IMG/VR virus record: IMGVR_UViG_3300042907_001080 | Location: 124,001-188,000 of that record | Direction: 5' to 3' (one strand) | Length of the DNA: 64,000 nt | In this document: piece after piece, positions 39,014 through 47,733 of the stretch | Layout of the letters: each line of letters starts with the position of its first letter | How positions within the stretch are numbered: position 1 is the first letter of the stretch | Made by a program: the position numbers and the translations under genes | The notes under the pieces: model-generated | Seen by the model: the letters and a program-made list of their open reading frames with translations, nothing else | Databases searched by the model: none | Told to the model about the DNA's origin: nothing

Positions 39014-40078
39014 TTATTTTAACATCTCTAATAGTTTATTACAACTAAAAAAGTTTTCTTGTAGTATAGCTACCTGTTTATTTAGGCTAGGCAGTCGAGT
39101 TTCGTAATTATCCATATGCTGGATTATTTCTCTACAAATATCTGGACGATATACAGTATATGCATCGTAGCTCTCAGTCCATTTGCTAGGATACTTAAAT
39201 GTATCTAAAGCCATTTCACTATAGCTGAGTCTATCAGGAACCATAGGAATGGCACCTACAATAGCACCTTCATACCAACTGATGCCTAGGGTTTCTTGCA
39301 GGTTTGCACTAAACACCAATTTGGCTTCGCCTAGCAAATTATGATATTCGTTTTTTGTTAGTTGTTGATCTTGACAGACGACAAATTCATATTGCGGTAA
39401 GTGTTCTTTCAAGTCACGAAAGATTTCAACCTGTTTCTCTGGAGCGATACGATGCGGGAACAAGATAAGATCACGTTTAGTCATGTTTTTATACATTGTT
39501 AACGTGTCCTCCATATACTCCATAGGCCAACCTGTGCGCACAATCTTAGTATCATATAGTTTTTTTGCTGGAGTAAATCCTAACAAATTTTCACAAAACA
39601 TGTCAATATGAAACTGTGTAGCAAAGTAGTTGTGATCAAACGCATGATAGAAACTTTGTTCAGCATTTCTAACCCAGGGTTTATTTCCTACAAGGCGTCC
39701 TAAGAAGTCTTGCGGATCATATGAGCCAGCATGCCAAAGACCATGTGTAGTTACTGGAATTCCCAGTAGCTCACTCATATACTTTAAATTTATGATACCA
39801 GGATGCCAAGCATCAGTAAAGATAAAGTGATCGCCGGGATGAATGGATCCGTTACAAAATAACCTACCCATTTGTTCAATTTGACTAGCCTTGTAGATAT
39901 TCGTGCCGCCAAAGTTGAGAAATGCTCCAGGAGTGGTAGCACTAGGAATGTCCGTAGGACCTGATATAATGTTGACATGGTGCCCTGCTTTTTTAAGGAT
40001 TGCCGGCACGTGAGTTTTCCACTGACCCGTATATCTAGTCTCTACTGCTTCAAGATCAATGAGAAAAACTCGTGCCAT
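39014..40078 (-). CDS. GT-B (GT4-like) glycosyltransferase within the deazaguanine locus
   Basis: C-terminal 'FPHRIAPEKQ', E-x7-E motif 'QETLGISWYEG', 'VPDRLSYSE'. Confidence 0.8.
   Translation of the reverse strand: MARVFLIDLEAVETRYTGQWKTHVPAILKKAGHHVNIISGPTDIPSATTPGAFLNFGGTNIYKASQIEQMGRLFCNGSIHPGDHFIFTDAWHPGIINLKYMSELLGIPVTTHGLWHAGSYDPQDFLGRLVGNKPWVRNAEQSFYHAFDHNYFATQFHIDMFCENLLGFTPAKKLYDTKIVRTGWPMEYMEDTLTMYKNMTKRDLILFPHRIAPEKQVEIFRDLKEHLPQYEFVVCQDQQLTKNEYHNLLGEAKLVFSANLQETLGISWYEGAIVGAIPMVPDRLSYSEMALDTFKYPSKWTESYDAYTVYRPDICREIIQHMDNYETRLPSLNKQVAILQENFFSCNKLLEMLK
39016..39044 (-). promoter_or_regulatory. Possible sigma70-type promoter for folE
   Basis: TTGTAA-17 nt-TAAAAT. Confidence 0.4.
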
Positions 40079-40081
40079 TAA

Positions 40082-40306
40082 TTAACCTCTTTTTTGAAAG
40101 TGTGGTCTGTTGCCTTGATATGGACGTCTTGGCCGTTTGCTGGCAAGATAGGATCCATAGTTTTGACTATCCCTGCGATAGAGATCTGCAGGATTAAAAT
40201 CGCAGAGTTGAAATCTGCACCAATCGTGGTAGGCCTCGAGGTCCTCCCACACCTTTACAACGTCAGGACGATTTTCAAAGTACCTGTAGTCCTTGTAGTT
40301 TTTCAT
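40082..40306 (-). CDS. Hypothetical protein
   Basis: 74 aa, SD AAGGA. Confidence 0.6.
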   Translation of the reverse strand: MKNYKDYRYFENRPDVVKVWEDLEAYHDWCRFQLCDFNPADLYRRDSQNYGSYLASKRPRRPYQGNRPHFQKRG

Positions 40307-40317
40307 CGATGTTCCTT

Positions 40318-40707
40318 TTAGTATTTGATGAATGAACCATTTTCTCCGTCTTCGGAGACCTCAATCCAAATCTCGCGACCTGGATACTTTTTGCTAATGA
40401 CGTCATATAAGTCGCCTGACATCATTTCACAACTCTTATAATCTAAACTTAGTGTAGCATCTTTGTAGAGATTTAGCAACCATCGTTTAAACTGAATAAA
40501 CTCAATATCACGATCATCGTGTGTAACGCCAATCCAAACTTTGAAGTGAAAGATGTGACGATGCGGATAACCTAGAAAACTTACATCATATTCATCACCT
40601 GTAGCAAGTGCTGGGTCTGTAAGTGCAGCTGGATATTTGTGCATACCTTCTTTCTGAAAGGTAACCCAAATCATTTTGTTAGGTCTAACGTCTTGTCGAA
40701 TGTTCAT
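40318..40707 (-). CDS. queD: QueD/PTPS-like T-fold protein (probable 6-carboxytetrahydropterin synthase)
   Basis: 'EGMH', 'HRH.FHF', 'RDIEF..FK', 'SCEM', 'VSEDGENG' are consistent with the PTPS/QueD fold; context next to folE. Confidence 0.65.
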   Translation of the reverse strand: MNIRQDVRPNKMIWVTFQKEGMHKYPAALTDPALATGDEYDVSFLGYPHRHIFHFKVWIGVTHDDRDIEFIQFKRWLLNLYKDATLSLDYKSCEMMSGDLYDVISKKYPGREIWIEVSEDGENGSFIKY

Positions 40708-41078
40708 CTTAGTTGTTCCATGGTTATAATTTTAGATAATTCTTCACCGAGATCTTTATCTTCAGTGACCACATGTAGACTGTGTCGATTCTCATCGTTC
40801 TTTCGGTCATACTTGGTAGTTTCAATGATAGTACCGCCACTAGCGCCATAGACATTTAGTCGAAAACCTTGTGATGCAATGTTTGGGCCTTCGCTGTCAA
40901 CTGAAATAAGCTGATTACTGTAATCTTCTTCGTCGTTCATTAGCCAGTTGCGAATTTTTTGTTTAAATGTTAATTTCATAGGTTTCTTTTCTACTACACT
41001 TCTTGCACGATTAATTTTATTAGCACCGCGGATTCTTGGAACCTTTGTCACCGATGCTACTGCGTAGCCACCACTCAT
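40704..41078 (-). CDS. Hypothetical protein
   Basis: 124 aa, ATGA-coupled. Confidence 0.6.
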   Translation of the reverse strand: MSGGYAVASVTKVPRIRGANKINRARSVVEKKPMKLTFKQKIRNWLMNDEEDYSNQLISVDSEGPNIASQGFRLNVYGASGGTIIETTKYDRKNDENRHSLHVVTEDKDLGEELSKIITMEQLR

Positions 41079-41608
41079 TTGATAATCTCATCTTTACCAT
41101 ATTGATCCCAACTAGTAAACTTATTTCTATCTAGTAGGTCATGGAGGTTATGGCACCACACTCCGTGATTAGTTGCTTTAAAGTCTTTGTCATCAATTTT
41201 CAGCGTAGCGTTATAGCCTAGTTGATTAATATAAGGTAATTTTACACTAATCTGCGGAATAAATCTACGCTTTTCGGTAAGACCACTTTCAAGCAATCCT
41301 TCCGTTTCACGAACATCAAAGTCTAAGGTACACCAAAATTCGTCCTCTGCATCTAAGCAGACATAGATCATATCTTCCCAAGGACGCCATGTTTCTGTAT
41401 CGTTAACACCATTAGTCTTAAAACTTTGATTAGCACCAAAGTAAATATGTTTGCACCTGTTGTTACGAGCCAATTCCATAATAATATATGGATCATGCAC
41501 ACCTACAACAAACAGTGTTTTCATTCCGTAGGCAGGAGTATGTTCAATCTCTACGCCGGTGAAGAAGGTAATGCTATCAGCAACACCTGAATCGTAATTT
41601 CTTTTCAT
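41075..41608 (-). CDS. Hypothetical enzyme-like protein in the dpd locus
   Basis: 177 aa alpha/beta pattern ('FFTGVEIEHTPAYGMKTLFVVG', 'HIYFGANQSF'). Confidence 0.65.
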   Translation of the reverse strand: MKRNYDSGVADSITFFTGVEIEHTPAYGMKTLFVVGVHDPYIIMELARNNRCKHIYFGANQSFKTNGVNDTETWRPWEDMIYVCLDAEDEFWCTLDFDVRETEGLLESGLTEKRRFIPQISVKLPYINQLGYNATLKIDDKDFKATNHGVWCHNLHDLLDRNKFTSWDQYGKDEIIK

Positions 41609-41751
41609 TTTTTAAATAAATTTTGAATTGATCGGATTAGATTAAGAAATCGAAAATGATAGTCGGTTAAGAATGGAGTTCGATGCGGACAACGACCTTG
41701 TTGCCAATCACAGTTAACTGTGATTTCTTGCCTGCATGTGTCGCATTTCAT
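41605..41751 (-). CDS. Cys-rich microprotein (48 aa), absent from the ORF track
   Basis: MKCDTCRQEITVNCDWQQGRCPHRTPFLTDYHFRFLNLIRSIQNLFKK; ATGA overlaps at both ends. Confidence 0.6.
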   Translation of the reverse strand: MKCDTCRQEITVNCDWQQGRCPHRTPFLTDYHFRFLNLIRSIQNLFKK

Positions 41752-41975
41752 AGTTCTAGTCCATTTCTTCTTGCTTCTTGTTCTGCCTGCGCTTCTTGCA
41801 TCACTGCTTCGTGCTTGTGTTTAAGTATAACAATATCATCCTTTAAACGCAACCTTTGTTTCTTCAATTCTTCTATTTTTAGGTCATCAAAGATACCAGT
41901 TTTTTCCATACTGTCTATCTGTTTGTCCAAAGCACGGTGAGCTTCTTCTAGATGCTTGATTCTATTTTGATACAT
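41748..41975 (-). CDS. DUF465/YdcH-like coiled-coil protein
   Basis: 'L...H..LD..I........DD..I..LKK.RL.LKD.I' pattern. Confidence 0.7.
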   Translation of the reverse strand: MYQNRIKHLEEAHRALDKQIDSMEKTGIFDDLKIEELKKQRLRLKDDIVILKHKHEAVMQEAQAEQEARRNGLEL

Positions 41976-41984
41976 ATCAACTCC

Positions 41985-43595
41985 TTATTCTACAACCAAA
42001 CTGTTTAATTCGTCATCGTCTGGATTGGCAAAATCAATTTCGCCTGCTTTCTTGCCATCATCGAAATCAAATAAGTTACCAAATGTGTTAGCAGCAGGAC
42101 CGCCTTGTAAACGTGAACCTTCTAGTGATTTCAAGAACTGCGCACCAGTTTCAATCATATCAAACGCTTCTGCTTTGGTTTTGGTATTGAATAGTTCTTC
42201 AACAAATGTACCGAAGTAAAGAATTTTATTTGGAACCCAATCGCTGAATTCAATTTCTTTCTTGCCTTCAATGCTCTTCATACGCCAGTCTGGAGTAAAC
42301 CTAGCACATTCAATATCCATTAACTGTTGAGCACGTTGCACCGCTTTGATATGACATTCGACATTATGCCCCATCATTAGTGCGTAACTGAAACTATCCC
42401 AACTAGTCTTGTTTGGAATCTTACCTAGCTTGTTAAGTCTCGGAACTTCGTGATAGTGTTCTGGATTCAAGTGATTAAACTTAACATCTCCGAGTTCGGC
42501 ATCTGTCTTACGAACACCGTAATTGTAATATGCAATATCGCCCATGGTCAAACGGCTTCCGAATTCACTTTCAAAAGGAAACGGAATATCAAATCGTCCT
42601 GAAAGTGCTTTATTATCAGGAGCCTTGTCCATGATCACTGACCAACGCTTGTTGGTATGTTGTGCATTTGTGTAAACAAGTCCGTGAGCAGTAGCAATGA
42701 ACGGGCTTGCACAGTCAAAACTGATTGTGAGTTCTGGATTGATGTGTTTACGGATCTGACGTTGAATTTGAGTTAGATAGCATGACCAATCTAATTGTGC
42801 TGTGCCCAAGAAGTGAATCCAGTTCTTGCCGTCTAGCATTCCTTCGTCACGCATGGTCATTAGACGTTTGAGTGTGATATCCATCTTACACATATTAGCA
42901 CCACCAAATGCCCAACCTTCTGCTTCTTTTCCTGCAAATGGTCCTTTGGGATCGCTGAACTCTACAACGCCACGATACCACTTTTCTGCAGTATCCCAAT
43001 CACCGCCTTGCAATACATTAAGCCACTTGGTAGCTCCCAACCGATTATCTAGAAAATACTTGTTATTATAACGAGTCTTTTCTAAACAGTCTTCGAATGT
43101 TTTCAATCCAGTCTTCGGACTGTGGATGTGATCACAGGCCCATGTAGGCACGTCTAACATCATTGACCAATCAGCAGTTGCTTCTAGCCATTCAAGAATC
43201 TTTTGACGTGTCTTGGTAGCTTCTGCACCTTCAAAGTTCAACCAATCAAACTTGAGAACACCTTTACCGATCTGATAACCACCGGAGTCGCCTAAAATCA
43301 TTGTTTGTCCGCGATCACGCTGTTGTATCATGGATTCTTGATCCTGTGCTTTGATAACATCAAGTTGAGCGTGTCCTGCTGAATACAGAGCATACTTATA
43401 GGTAAAGTATCCTTGATCTGGATTAAGAAAGTTCATTCCTTCAATTCCTTGATCAAAGCCTGCAGGAATACGATCCTTTGGTACAAACTCTTCTAGTCGC
43501 TGTTTTGCAACATAGGTAGAATAAAAAGAACTAATTGCCGGCAGATATACTGCATAGTCCTTTTGTAATGGTGTTAGATTAACTGGTGGTTTCAT
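41985..43595 (-). CDS. dpdA: DpdA-like DNA 7-deazaguanine transglycosylase (TGT superfamily)
   Basis: TGT motifs 'DSGGYQI', 'MMLDVP', 'LNVLQG', 'GWAFGG', 'IHFLG', 'SFDCASP'; adjacent to replication genes and near folE, queD-like and queE. Confidence 0.85.
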   Translation of the reverse strand: MKPPVNLTPLQKDYAVYLPAISSFYSTYVAKQRLEEFVPKDRIPAGFDQGIEGMNFLNPDQGYFTYKYALYSAGHAQLDVIKAQDQESMIQQRDRGQTMILGDSGGYQIGKGVLKFDWLNFEGAEATKTRQKILEWLEATADWSMMLDVPTWACDHIHSPKTGLKTFEDCLEKTRYNNKYFLDNRLGATKWLNVLQGGDWDTAEKWYRGVVEFSDPKGPFAGKEAEGWAFGGANMCKMDITLKRLMTMRDEGMLDGKNWIHFLGTAQLDWSCYLTQIQRQIRKHINPELTISFDCASPFIATAHGLVYTNAQHTNKRWSVIMDKAPDNKALSGRFDIPFPFESEFGSRLTMGDIAYYNYGVRKTDAELGDVKFNHLNPEHYHEVPRLNKLGKIPNKTSWDSFSYALMMGHNVECHIKAVQRAQQLMDIECARFTPDWRMKSIEGKKEIEFSDWVPNKILYFGTFVEELFNTKTKAEAFDMIETGAQFLKSLEGSRLQGGPAANTFGNLFDFDDGKKAGEIDFANPDDDELNSLVVE

Positions 43596-44333
43596 TTAAG
43601 CAGCCTGTGCTGGGATAATATATTTGTAAGTTGCTAGTCCGCTATCTAGAGTGATCTGAATAGCACCTTCATTGCTCAACGACATCTTAGCAGTGTTGGT
43701 ATCTGAAATCTTAAGTATGCTCAAGATCGGAGCAACTGGCCAAGTCCAACCGCGATCTAATTTGCCTGCAACATTCTGTGCAAACACAAACTCACCACCG
43801 TGTGTTGATGCATCACCGAATGTAAATTTAAGATTACCGCCTTCAGTTTTAGCAAGGAATGTGGGATGCTCTGAGTTAGCACCTGCTTGAAAGTTAAAAC
43901 GAATCACAGAAGTCACTGATGGTTCGATTTCAACATCCCACTTAACACCACGAAACTTCACAGTCTTCATCTTTTCATTGATGATTTCTTGATTCATGAA
44001 GCGATAGTCGTTCTTGAAGTCGCCGTCTTTGTTTTCAAAGTGTAGACCTACTGGCAAAGTTTCGCCATTGCGTTCTGCTGTGGTGATACTGATCTTTGCA
44101 CCTTCTTTGTATTCTGCACCTTCCAACAGATATTTCAACTTGTTCAGTTGCGGCATGCCAAACACACCAATCATATCTGGATACGGATTAGCAGTTTCTG
44201 CTTCCATGATCACTGAACGGTCATCTGCCATTGAGTTAATAGTTGTGCCTTTGTCTGTGCCTGTGACTTTAACTGTGGTCAAGAAGCCGAGGTTCTGTGT
44301 GTGGCTAACGATGTCTTGTAAAATATCTTTCAT
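43596..44333 (-). CDS. Putative DNA sliding clamp (gp45/PCNA-like)
   Basis: 245 aa two-domain beta-alpha pattern ending 'GAIQITLDSGLATYKYIIPA'; directly downstream of the polymerase; clamp loader is in the window. Confidence 0.7.
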   Translation of the reverse strand: MKDILQDIVSHTQNLGFLTTVKVTGTDKGTTINSMADDRSVIMEAETANPYPDMIGVFGMPQLNKLKYLLEGAEYKEGAKISITTAERNGETLPVGLHFENKDGDFKNDYRFMNQEIINEKMKTVKFRGVKWDVEIEPSVTSVIRFNFQAGANSEHPTFLAKTEGGNLKFTFGDASTHGGEFVFAQNVAGKLDRGWTWPVAPILSILKISDTNTAKMSLSNEGAIQITLDSGLATYKYIIPAQAA

Positions 44334-44356
44334 TAAGAATTCTCCTGTATATTAAG

Positions 44357-44385
44357 ATTATATTTAGATCTTGAGAAAAAATCAA
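44357..44385 (-). promoter_or_regulatory. Sigma70-type promoter with overlapping late TAAATA, upstream of clamp-dpdA
   Basis: TTGATT-17 nt-TATAAT; TAAATA at 44361-44366. Confidence 0.6.
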
Positions 44386-44393
44386 CCTAGAAA

Positions 44394-47063
44394 TCACTCA
44401 AAATCAAACAGTTTGTTAAATGTATTATCCGACCTTGTTGAACTGATGTCCCATTCCAAAACACCAATAAGGTTTCCTAACTTCTCATCTATCACAGTGG
44501 TTTCCATTTCTGCATCGTTGAAAGGAAGATCCTTGAACCACTGCGGCAATCTCAGTTCATCCACAGGATAGGCCACGGAAGTATGCCCCATAGGATTGTC
44601 TTTGATCTTGCATACAATTACTTTCATGCCATCTACAATCTGCATGGAGTATTTGTCATCCATCATACGCCGGAGAGTGTTCCAATTCAATGAAGCTCTA
44701 ACATGCCCGGGCATGTTAGTCTTGCCTGCTTTTTTTTCTTTGGCAGCGTATTCTGTGATATTGTTGGCTCGCTTAGGCGAGCCCTTTTCCCAACCCGGTC
44801 GAGTTTTAAATTCTGTGCGAAAATCAGTGATATATTGCAGGATCTCTTCTTTGGTCACACCAGTTAGTGTCTTAGTCAGCACCTCACTCAAGAAGTCTTG
44901 TATAACAACCGGGGTATCTGAACGCTTGAGATCAAGCCCCATCGCTTTAATTTTTCCTGGTTTGCCTTCTGTGTCTGCTCGTTTGCCTTCTTTGTCGTAG
45001 TAGAGAACTGCGTATCGCTTTTTGGTGATGAACAGTCCTTTGCTTGCAACAATTTCGCGACCTGCTTTGATGACCTCGGCTCTGGTTCGAGGGACATGAA
45101 ATGCGTCCTGCATGAATTTGACAAATGTGCCATTGACCGTATCTCCTATGGTATCGTAAAGTTCGACCACTGATTCTCTGTTCCAGGGAATCAGTCCCTT
45201 CTCAATGTCTTTTTTCAAGGTAGTATACGCTGAAAAATAACAAGAGTCTGTGTCACCGTAGATTACTGCTCGACCGATGTGATCATACTCTCCAGTGATA
45301 ATTTCGTTTACTTTTGATGCCATGTGTTTGGCAATTTGTCTTCCGGTGAGAGTTGTGGACTGTCCAATTCTGTTATCAAAGAATCTACAGCCTGGATTTA
45401 AAATTGCACCATACAGACTGTTTAGTAGAATCTTCTTGACCAACTGTCGCTTGTCCCAGTATTCTTCTTCAATCTTGTTGCCGGCCTGGATACATTCTCG
45501 CAGTTTGGCCTGCATTTCTTTACGTTCTTTATACCAACGTGCTAGCAGTCCGGATATAACACCCTCAGTTTCATATGTGAATATAGTGCCGTTGGCTGAG
45601 ATCATCCAAGGTTGATTGCTGTCAAATATAAGATCATAGGCCTGAGCCGCACTTAGCGTATCCGAGCCGCCACCTTCCCAATCGACAGTGACTTCACGAC
45701 CCACTTCTCGATTCATCACAGCGGAATATTCAAGACTACCAAATATGCCTTCCCAAGCGGACGCAAATGATTTTCCTTTTGACATTTCTGCTGCAATAAA
45801 ATCCTTGGTCCCATCCTGTCTCAACTGACCTACGATGGTTTCAGGACCCATATTCAAAGCCCGAATAGCACTAGGATACAGTGAGTTAATATCTAGCGAG
45901 CCGATCCACTCATGTATACCTTTCTTGGGATATGCAACGTAGGCACCAGCAGCTTGAGTGTCTCCGTGCTCTTCCATTTTTTTGCGATTAGGAACTATCA
46001 TACCTCTGCGATGAGCTTCGTTGATGATAGCTTGTTCAGTCACAGCCACTGCACCCATAGTAGTTGCTAACAGCACTGTGTTTTCGTGTGCAATTGTATT
46101 GGCTAAGTCAATAAATTTCAGTTTCTTATCTAGATCATCTAACAGTTTACAATCGTTGATATTGTATTCAACGAATGTTTTAAAATCGTTGTTGTATAAT
46201 TGATCCAATGTGCCTTCATACTGAGTCTTTCTCTGACCTAGTTCATATTCGGCAATAGCATCTAATCGATAGGTGTGACGTTCTTCATAGGTATACTTGC
46301 GATAAAGTTCAAGACTGTCTATATGCACACGGCCAATGAAGTCATATGTAGTGGCAGTTTTACCGAACTTTTCATATTCTCGTTTCTTAGGCAAACAATT
46401 CCATAGACAAAAACGTTTGGTATCTTCTTTACTGAGAACCTTGGTAACACGATTAACAGTATATGGAATATCAAAGCCTTCCGAGTTCCAACCACTCAGC
46501 ACATCAGCATCTTGTATGAGATCCAAGAATGTGTTTAGCATGTCTGCTTCGTTGTCAAACAGCATGGTATTGGGAAATTCTTCAACCTGCTTGGTGGCTT
46601 CTGCCATGCTGAGTGTTTTGGGAGGTATGGCTAGACACACCATGGTCTCCATCCATTGTAGGTAGACAGCAATCGCAGTAATTGGCATGAACGCATCATC
46701 TGGTGATGCATAGCCACGTTCTGGATCAAAGTCTACCTCAATATCGAAAAACGCTACATTTAGCTTAGGTGCATCTTGATTGAGATAATTGTCTTCTAAA
46801 CAACGATATATGGGATTAATATCGCTTTCGTGAAGTTTTTTGTTTGAATGTATGGCAAGTTCTTTGCGATGTTCTTTGACATTCTTTGAACTTACACGGC
46901 TAAGAGGTTCACGCTTAATGGATTGGAACTTGCCTTTGGGGTCGTTGTAATAGAATATATGTCTGGCAGGATAGTCTTTGAAATGCCTCTGCCCTTTGTC
47001 GTCACGCTCAACAACACGTATCATGTCATCGTCGCGATCGTAGTATGCGTCCACGAAACTCAT
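44394..47063 (-). CDS. Family B DNA polymerase (gp43-like)
   Basis: ExoI 'FFDIEV', ExoII 'GWNSEGFDIPY', ExoIII 'YNINDC'; polymerase motifs 'LDINSLYPS', 'KILLNSLYG', 'YGDTDS', 'KKRYA'. Confidence 0.97.
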   Translation of the reverse strand: MSFVDAYYDRDDDMIRVVERDDKGQRHFKDYPARHIFYYNDPKGKFQSIKREPLSRVSSKNVKEHRKELAIHSNKKLHESDINPIYRCLEDNYLNQDAPKLNVAFFDIEVDFDPERGYASPDDAFMPITAIAVYLQWMETMVCLAIPPKTLSMAEATKQVEEFPNTMLFDNEADMLNTFLDLIQDADVLSGWNSEGFDIPYTVNRVTKVLSKEDTKRFCLWNCLPKKREYEKFGKTATTYDFIGRVHIDSLELYRKYTYEERHTYRLDAIAEYELGQRKTQYEGTLDQLYNNDFKTFVEYNINDCKLLDDLDKKLKFIDLANTIAHENTVLLATTMGAVAVTEQAIINEAHRRGMIVPNRKKMEEHGDTQAAGAYVAYPKKGIHEWIGSLDINSLYPSAIRALNMGPETIVGQLRQDGTKDFIAAEMSKGKSFASAWEGIFGSLEYSAVMNREVGREVTVDWEGGGSDTLSAAQAYDLIFDSNQPWMISANGTIFTYETEGVISGLLARWYKERKEMQAKLRECIQAGNKIEEEYWDKRQLVKKILLNSLYGAILNPGCRFFDNRIGQSTTLTGRQIAKHMASKVNEIITGEYDHIGRAVIYGDTDSCYFSAYTTLKKDIEKGLIPWNRESVVELYDTIGDTVNGTFVKFMQDAFHVPRTRAEVIKAGREIVASKGLFITKKRYAVLYYDKEGKRADTEGKPGKIKAMGLDLKRSDTPVVIQDFLSEVLTKTLTGVTKEEILQYITDFRTEFKTRPGWEKGSPKRANNITEYAAKEKKAGKTNMPGHVRASLNWNTLRRMMDDKYSMQIVDGMKVIVCKIKDNPMGHTSVAYPVDELRLPQWFKDLPFNDAEMETTVIDEKLGNLIGVLEWDISSTRSDNTFNKLFDFE

Positions 47064-47074
47064 TTTTTCTCCTA

Positions 47075-47119
47075 TGCAATTTTAGGCTTGCAAATACCAA
47101 TGTGCGGTTTATGGCCCGC
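47075..47119 (-). promoter_or_regulatory. Twin hairpin in the polymerase 5' leader (putative translational operator)
   Basis: On the - strand: GCGG-GCCATAAA-CCGC, then TGCAA-GCCTAAAA-TTGCA abutting the SD TAGGAG. Confidence 0.55.
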
Positions 47120-47136
47120 CTACCTTCTTACTTTAT

Positions 47137-47427
47137 TTAATTAATTAGCATTCTTGCTAGGCCGAATGTGTCAATTGCGGTTAGCAAGATGTAGTTAGCC
47201 AACATGCCAAACGATTTCCGAGTATAAGCAGCCCAAGCATACATGGCACAGCCAGCGATCCAAATAGGATACAACACAAGTAAAGGCGGATTGGGAACTG
47301 TAAGCGCCATAGTGATTGAGCAGCCGATACTAACAGCCCAGGCAAGCAGCTCAACAACAAAACGGAAGCGATTGCTGTGCCAGTCATCTCTGATCCAATC
47401 AAAAGTTGGTTTTAATAATTCATTCAT
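47137..47427 (-). CDS. Small integral membrane protein (about 3 TM)
   Basis: 96 aa with three hydrophobic segments. Confidence 0.65.
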   Translation of the reverse strand: MNELLKPTFDWIRDDWHSNRFRFVVELLAWAVSIGCSITMALTVPNPPLLVLYPIWIAGCAMYAWAAYTRKSFGMLANYILLTAIDTFGLARMLIN

Positions 47428-47684
47428 TCAGGAAGTTTTTTAGTAACACCGAGAATCATTTCAATCTCGCTCCACTCTGCCTCATGGTCTTTCCAATTGT
47501 CTTTGTGTGCGATACGTATGGCTTTGTTGATCCAACTGGGTTTGATTTGTAATTCTTCTGCGACAGCTTTAACAGTTTCTTTAAGACCTTCATTGAGATC
47601 TTCTACTTCACGAAGCACATTAGATCCTTCGTTGATTAATCTTTCGAGTTTGGCTTTTTCTTCCGGTCCATACATTTTTGACAT
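47424..47684 (-). CDS. T4 DsbA/GapR-like dsDNA-binding protein
   Basis: 86 aa helical pattern 'L..LI.E....L.E...L...LKE.....AEE......I.K..R..H'; strong promoter and SD. Confidence 0.55.
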   Translation of the reverse strand: MSKMYGPEEKAKLERLINEGSNVLREVEDLNEGLKETVKAVAEELQIKPSWINKAIRIAHKDNWKDHEAEWSEIEMILGVTKKLPE

Positions 47685-47704
47685 TTGTTCTCTCCTATAC
47701 GACT

Positions 47705-47733
47705 ATTATATAGTCATAAAAAAAGCCAGTCAA
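47705..47733 (-). promoter_or_regulatory. Sigma70-type promoter
   Basis: TTGACT-17 nt-TATAAT upstream of the dsbA-like/polymerase genes. Confidence 0.8.

Noticed and set aside
41985-43595. Calling this gene a tRNA-guanine transglycosylase (tgt)
   Set aside because: It lacks the C-terminal CxCxxC zinc site of tRNA TGTs and sits with replication genes, so a DNA-acting DpdA fits better.
44394-47063. Intein or intron in the DNA polymerase
   Set aside because: 889 aa with normally spaced motifs; no splice-junction or homing endonuclease signature.
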